A stretch of DNA of 62,750 nt, filler included, from Candidatus Fermentibacterota bacterium (GTDB taxonomy: Bacteria > JAFGKV01), in NCBI GenBank assembly GCA_016928395.1. It is 6 parts of 6 records of this genome, joined end to end, with 100 filler letters (N's around TTAATTAATTAA, not from the genome) between each part and the next. Parts side by side here need not be neighbours in the genome. Positions count along the whole stretch, not along the records: positions 57,169 to 62,750 come from JAFGKV010000098.1; 5 more parts are not named here. One strand, 5' to 3'. Positions 59,353 to 62,750 of this stretch are shown piece by piece. The position numbers and the translations under genes were made by a program. The notes beneath the pieces were generated by a model. That model saw nothing but the letters and a program-made list of their open reading frames with translations, had not been told where the DNA came from and made no database searches. Positions within the stretch are counted from its first letter, which is position 1. Each line of letters opens with the position of its first letter.

Positions 59353-60584
59353 CCTCGAGACCGGGCAAACTCCGCCAGCAGGAACCTGTTTTTGGCCGCG
59401 CGCCGGGAATGATCCGCATGCCCCTCTGCCAGACGACGCCGCAAGAAGTCACCCTTCTTGCGCAGTAGGGCGAACCGTTCCTTGAGCAACTCCAAGTCTG
59501 CCTCGTGGGCATCGAGGAACAACTCGTCCACAATACCAAAATCGGTATACAGCGTCCTCAAACGCAAATCATGCCCCACCGCAATCTGAGGCACCGCGGC
59601 TTCGAGGGAGAGGACCGAGGCATGGAAGCGGGAAGTGATGAGATAGTCGAGACTGCGCAGAACAGAGGTCATCTGCGACGCGTCAAACTCCCGTGATGAG
59701 AAGACCATCGCCCTCTCGCGGCGTCGCAACAGGTCATGGATTCTTTGGGCCAAGGGCTCGTCCAACTGCTCCATGCAGAGCATGGCCACGCCGGCATCGT
59801 GATGCTCCATGACCCAGTCGGCAAAGGCCGCTAGGGTTTGAGCGAATCCCTGTGCCGCATCGGTACGCTCTCTGGAATGGGAGAAGTAGTAGGGCCACCG
59901 GTAACAGTACTGCTTCCTGCCCCACAGCCGCGCCACCACGGGCCAGAGGGTGAAATCCACGGGGGCTATGCCTACCACGCATGGCGGCCGGTCGGGCCAC
60001 ACACGATTCAAAAGATCGATGTCTGCGGGACGCGGGGCGAAGTTGAATGCATTGTCAGCCGTGAACTCGAGGGGAGCGCCTACGCCCCACGAACGCAACC
60101 GCCGGGCTGCGGCCTCTGATCGCACGATGATCTGGTCCGTGGTACCCGCAACGCGCCGTACAAGCCATCGATTCAGCCTGCTGAGTTCACCGGCATCCAC
60201 GGCATACGCAAGGCAGGCGGTGCCGCGGGAGGTCGCGCACCATGTGGCCCACAGAAAACACCAGAGCAGGGCCGTGGTCCAGGTGTCCATATACGTGCTG
60301 CCTTCCACCAGCATGACAAGATCATGCTCGGCCACAAGACGCCTGACAGGCCTGATGAACACGGGAGACATGGGGACGATTGATAGCCCGGGGCCCTCAG
60401 GGAGGTATCTACGGAGGTTCGCCGGGTTCATGGTCGGCACGGTGATGGAGACGCCGGGCCCGAACACGGCGCGGACGTCCTCGATATCGCTGAGAAGGAG
60501 GGCCTCGGCTCCGGTGTTGTTCGCGCCGTTGTACCCGACGAGCAGCACCCGGGGCGTGGAGGGATTACGCTGCGTTCGGTTCAT
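59331..60584 (-). CDS. Polysaccharide pyruvyl transferase family protein
   Basis: 'VGYNGANNTGAEA', 'IIVRS', 'TADNAF', 'ITSRFHA'. Confidence 0.85.
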   Translation of the reverse strand: MNRTQRNPSTPRVLLVGYNGANNTGAEALLLSDIEDVRAVFGPGVSITVPTMNPANLRRYLPEGPGLSIVPMSPVFIRPVRRLVAEHDLVMLVEGSTYMDTWTTALLWCFLWATWCATSRGTACLAYAVDAGELSRLNRWLVRRVAGTTDQIIVRSEAAARRLRSWGVGAPLEFTADNAFNFAPRPADIDLLNRVWPDRPPCVVGIAPVDFTLWPVVARLWGRKQYCYRWPYYFSHSRERTDAAQGFAQTLAAFADWVMEHHDAGVAMLCMEQLDEPLAQRIHDLLRRRERAMVFSSREFDASQMTSVLRSLDYLITSRFHASVLSLEAAVPQIAVGHDLRLRTLYTDFGIVDELFLDAHEADLELLKERFALLRKKGDFLRRRLAEGHADHSRRAAKNRFLLAEFARSRGWKVASA

Positions 60585-60824
60585 GGCTCAGTCTCCGCTG
60601 CGGCTAATGCTGCCTCCCGACTGACATGGTCTAGGGCCTGCAGTTCACGTTCAACCCATGTCGGGGGCAAATCTCAGCTCTCTGCGCGCTCGTCCGGCTC
60701 GCGATTTCCGGTCAGCGGGTGTCAGATGGCAATTCCCAGTGCAGGGCTACCGCCAGATCAGTGGCGGCTCTTTCCCCATCCATCCATTCATCCACCCATC
60801 CACTCCTCCACCCTTCCACCCTCC

Positions 60825-62219
60825 TTATTCCGGCGCCTGTATCCCGTGCTTCTCCAGCCTCCGATAGAGGGCACCCCTGCTAAGTCCTAGGGCCGAAGCC
60901 ACCTTGGACAGGTTGCCGCCGCACTCGTCCAGGGCACGCAGAATCATCGCGCGCTCCATTTCCTGCAGCGTCACACCGTCGCCGGCGAGGCTCGGGGGAG
61001 AGGCCGGGATTCCCACCTCGGCCTGCCCTGCGGCGACCAAGTCTGAGACGTCCAGTTCGTCCCCCGACGAGAGTAGAACCGCGCGCTCGATGACGTGCTT
61101 GAGCTGTCGGACATTGCCAGGCCACTTCTGATGTGCCAACCACTCCATACCGTCCGGCGTCACACGAAGCTCTTTCTTTCGGTAGAGCATTGAGGCCTGT
61201 AGCAGGAAACGGCTGGATAGAATCGGGACATCACACTTCCTCTCGCGCAGCGGCGGCATGTGAACCGTGATGAGATTGAGTCGAAAGAGCAGGTCTTCCC
61301 TGAACCCGCCCGCGGCGATCATGGCACCCAGGTCCCTGTTGGTGGCTGAAACCACCCGCACATCCACCGACGTGCTCACGCTTGACCCGACTCGCTCGAA
61401 GGTGCGATCCTGCAGGACCCGCAGCAGTTTCACTTGGCAACTGGGATCGATATCGCCGATCTCGTCCAGGAAGAGCGTGCCGCCATTTGCGGCTTCGAAC
61501 CTGCCAAGTCTTCCGTGCTTCGCATCAGTGAAGGCCCCCCGGACATGCCCGAAGATCTCGCTCTCGAACAGCGTCGGAGGAATCCCGCCGAGATTGACCT
61601 TGACGAAGGGTTTGTTTCTCCGCTCGCTGTTGAGCCAGAGGGCCTCCGCTACCAGTTCCTTTCCCGTTCCGCTCTCTCCCGTGATGAGCACAGGCACATC
61701 GGTGCGTGCGACCTTCGCCACAACCGCAAGCACCCGGAGCAAAGCGGGATCGTCGCCGATAATGCTGCCGAAGTCATGCTCCTGGTCCAAGACGGCGCGG
61801 GTAATCCCTCCACGAGGCGCTGCGGTCCGGCGCAGGTCAGCCATCCCAAGAGCGGTGCCCACGACATGGCGGATCTGCTGAGGCGTCCACGGTTTGGTGA
61901 TGAAGTCAACGGCGCCCGCCCTGATGCCCTTGACCGCAAGTTCGACGGTACCCCACGCGGTGATCAACACCACAGGAACGTGGGGCCAGTGCCCCTTTAT
62001 GCGCTGAAGTAGCTCAAGGCCCTCTTGGCCCGTCATACTCCGTGAGTAGTTCATGTCCTGGATGACGAGGTCATACTGATGTGCCGCCAAAGCCTTGAGG
62101 GCCTCATCGGGGCTGGCGACGGTATGCGGTACATGTCCGGATTGCGTGAGGGCGAGAGCCAGGGATGCGGTCACCTCTGGATCATCGTCAACGACCAGGA
62201 TTTCCTTTGAATGAGCCAT
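60825..62219 (-). CDS. Sigma-54-dependent response regulator (NtrC family)
   Basis: REC 'VVDDD', 'GESGTGKE', 'GAFTDA', 'WPGNVRQL', C-terminal Fis-HTH. Confidence 0.95.
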   Translation of the reverse strand: MAHSKEILVVDDDPEVTASLALALTQSGHVPHTVASPDEALKALAAHQYDLVIQDMNYSRSMTGQEGLELLQRIKGHWPHVPVVLITAWGTVELAVKGIRAGAVDFITKPWTPQQIRHVVGTALGMADLRRTAAPRGGITRAVLDQEHDFGSIIGDDPALLRVLAVVAKVARTDVPVLITGESGTGKELVAEALWLNSERRNKPFVKVNLGGIPPTLFESEIFGHVRGAFTDAKHGRLGRFEAANGGTLFLDEIGDIDPSCQVKLLRVLQDRTFERVGSSVSTSVDVRVVSATNRDLGAMIAAGGFREDLLFRLNLITVHMPPLRERKCDVPILSSRFLLQASMLYRKKELRVTPDGMEWLAHQKWPGNVRQLKHVIERAVLLSSGDELDVSDLVAAGQAEVGIPASPPSLAGDGVTLQEMERAMILRALDECGGNLSKVASALGLSRGALYRRLEKHGIQAPE

Positions 62220-62459
62220 GAGCCATCCTTGAGGCGTTGCCGCTGCGCGACGAGCGTGAGTTCGGAGGAGGGAACCCGGGGCATATTACTCGGGGGAGGC
62301 CGTGTCCGGAAGGATGAAAGTGTGCGGGTGGAGCAACCCCGCGTGCCCGGTGCTGTCAAGTGACGAAGCCAACCGGTACGCTTGACGCCAGTGTTGTTGC
62401 ATGGATAATACGTCGTGTTATCCCGTTGCATGATTTTGTCGCCACGCATCCTGTCCTTG

Positions 62460-62750
62460 GTACTCGGGTTCATGAGTACGGTCACGCACCCAGAGCGTCG
62501 GGGCGACCGGGCAGCGGGCGAGCGAGGAGGGCAGATATCCGCTGCGATATCTCGCCCGTCGAGCAACACAGCTGCCCGGAATGTAACGGCGGTCGAATGC
62601 GATCGTACTTGTGAATCCGAGTGCTTAGTACTCGGGTTCATGAGTACGGTCACGCACCAAGAGTGTCGGGGCGACCGGGCAGCACGGCGCGAGGAGGGCA
62701 GATATCCGCTGCGATATCTCGCCCGTCGAGCAACACAGCTGCCCGGAATG
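62460..62750. repeat. Tandem 168-bp MITE-like palindromic element (second copy cut by the window end)
   Basis: Units start at 62460 and 62628; terminal IR tactcgggttcatgagtacggtc / gatcgtacttgtgaatccgagtg; internal cgggcagc/gctgcccg and agatatc/gatatct stems. Confidence 0.85.

Noticed and set aside
62171..62653. 160-aa minus-strand ORF with an internal repeat
   Set aside because: It is a translation of the 168-bp DNA repeat and has no protein motif.

Overview
A ~62.7 kb window from a GC-rich bacterium. It is not contiguous: five 100-nt N-spacers carrying the all-frame-stop linker TTAATTAATTAA (20077-20176, 34334-34433, 41910-42009, 47561-47660, 57069-57168) join six contigs, so adjacency across them is unproven. 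The gene content (rnfCDGEAB-rseC-apbE, hcp, a GWxTD protein, FlgD-Ig/T9SS-like C-terminal domain proteins, a CBM9/DUF5916 protein) suggests an anaerobe, perhaps from an FCB-related candidate lineage (inference only). Core genes include rnf, a stand-alone fusA, murI, folC, tag, M16 and M1 peptidases, yyaL-like, hcp/Rrf2, an SNF transporter and a sigma-54 regulator. Five less ordinary things stand out. (1) An integrase-less integron cassette remnant with two attC sites (46568-47155). (2) A toxin-antitoxin hotspot (Phd, AbiEi/AbiEii, VapBC), directly preceded by a collapsed, diverged copy of itself that contains a VapC::TylF chimeric mini-ORF. (3) A high-copy modular intergenic mosaic element (REP hairpins, a conserved ~45-bp core and 6/7/8-mer tandem arrays) that fills most spacers and sits at several contig ends. 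(4) A tandem 168-bp MITE-like element at the right end. (5) An ElbD-like reductase/adenylation fusion, and an orphan PqqD/ScmD chaperone coupled to a degenerate phosphoesterase. I recognised no rRNA, tRNA or CRISPR array.
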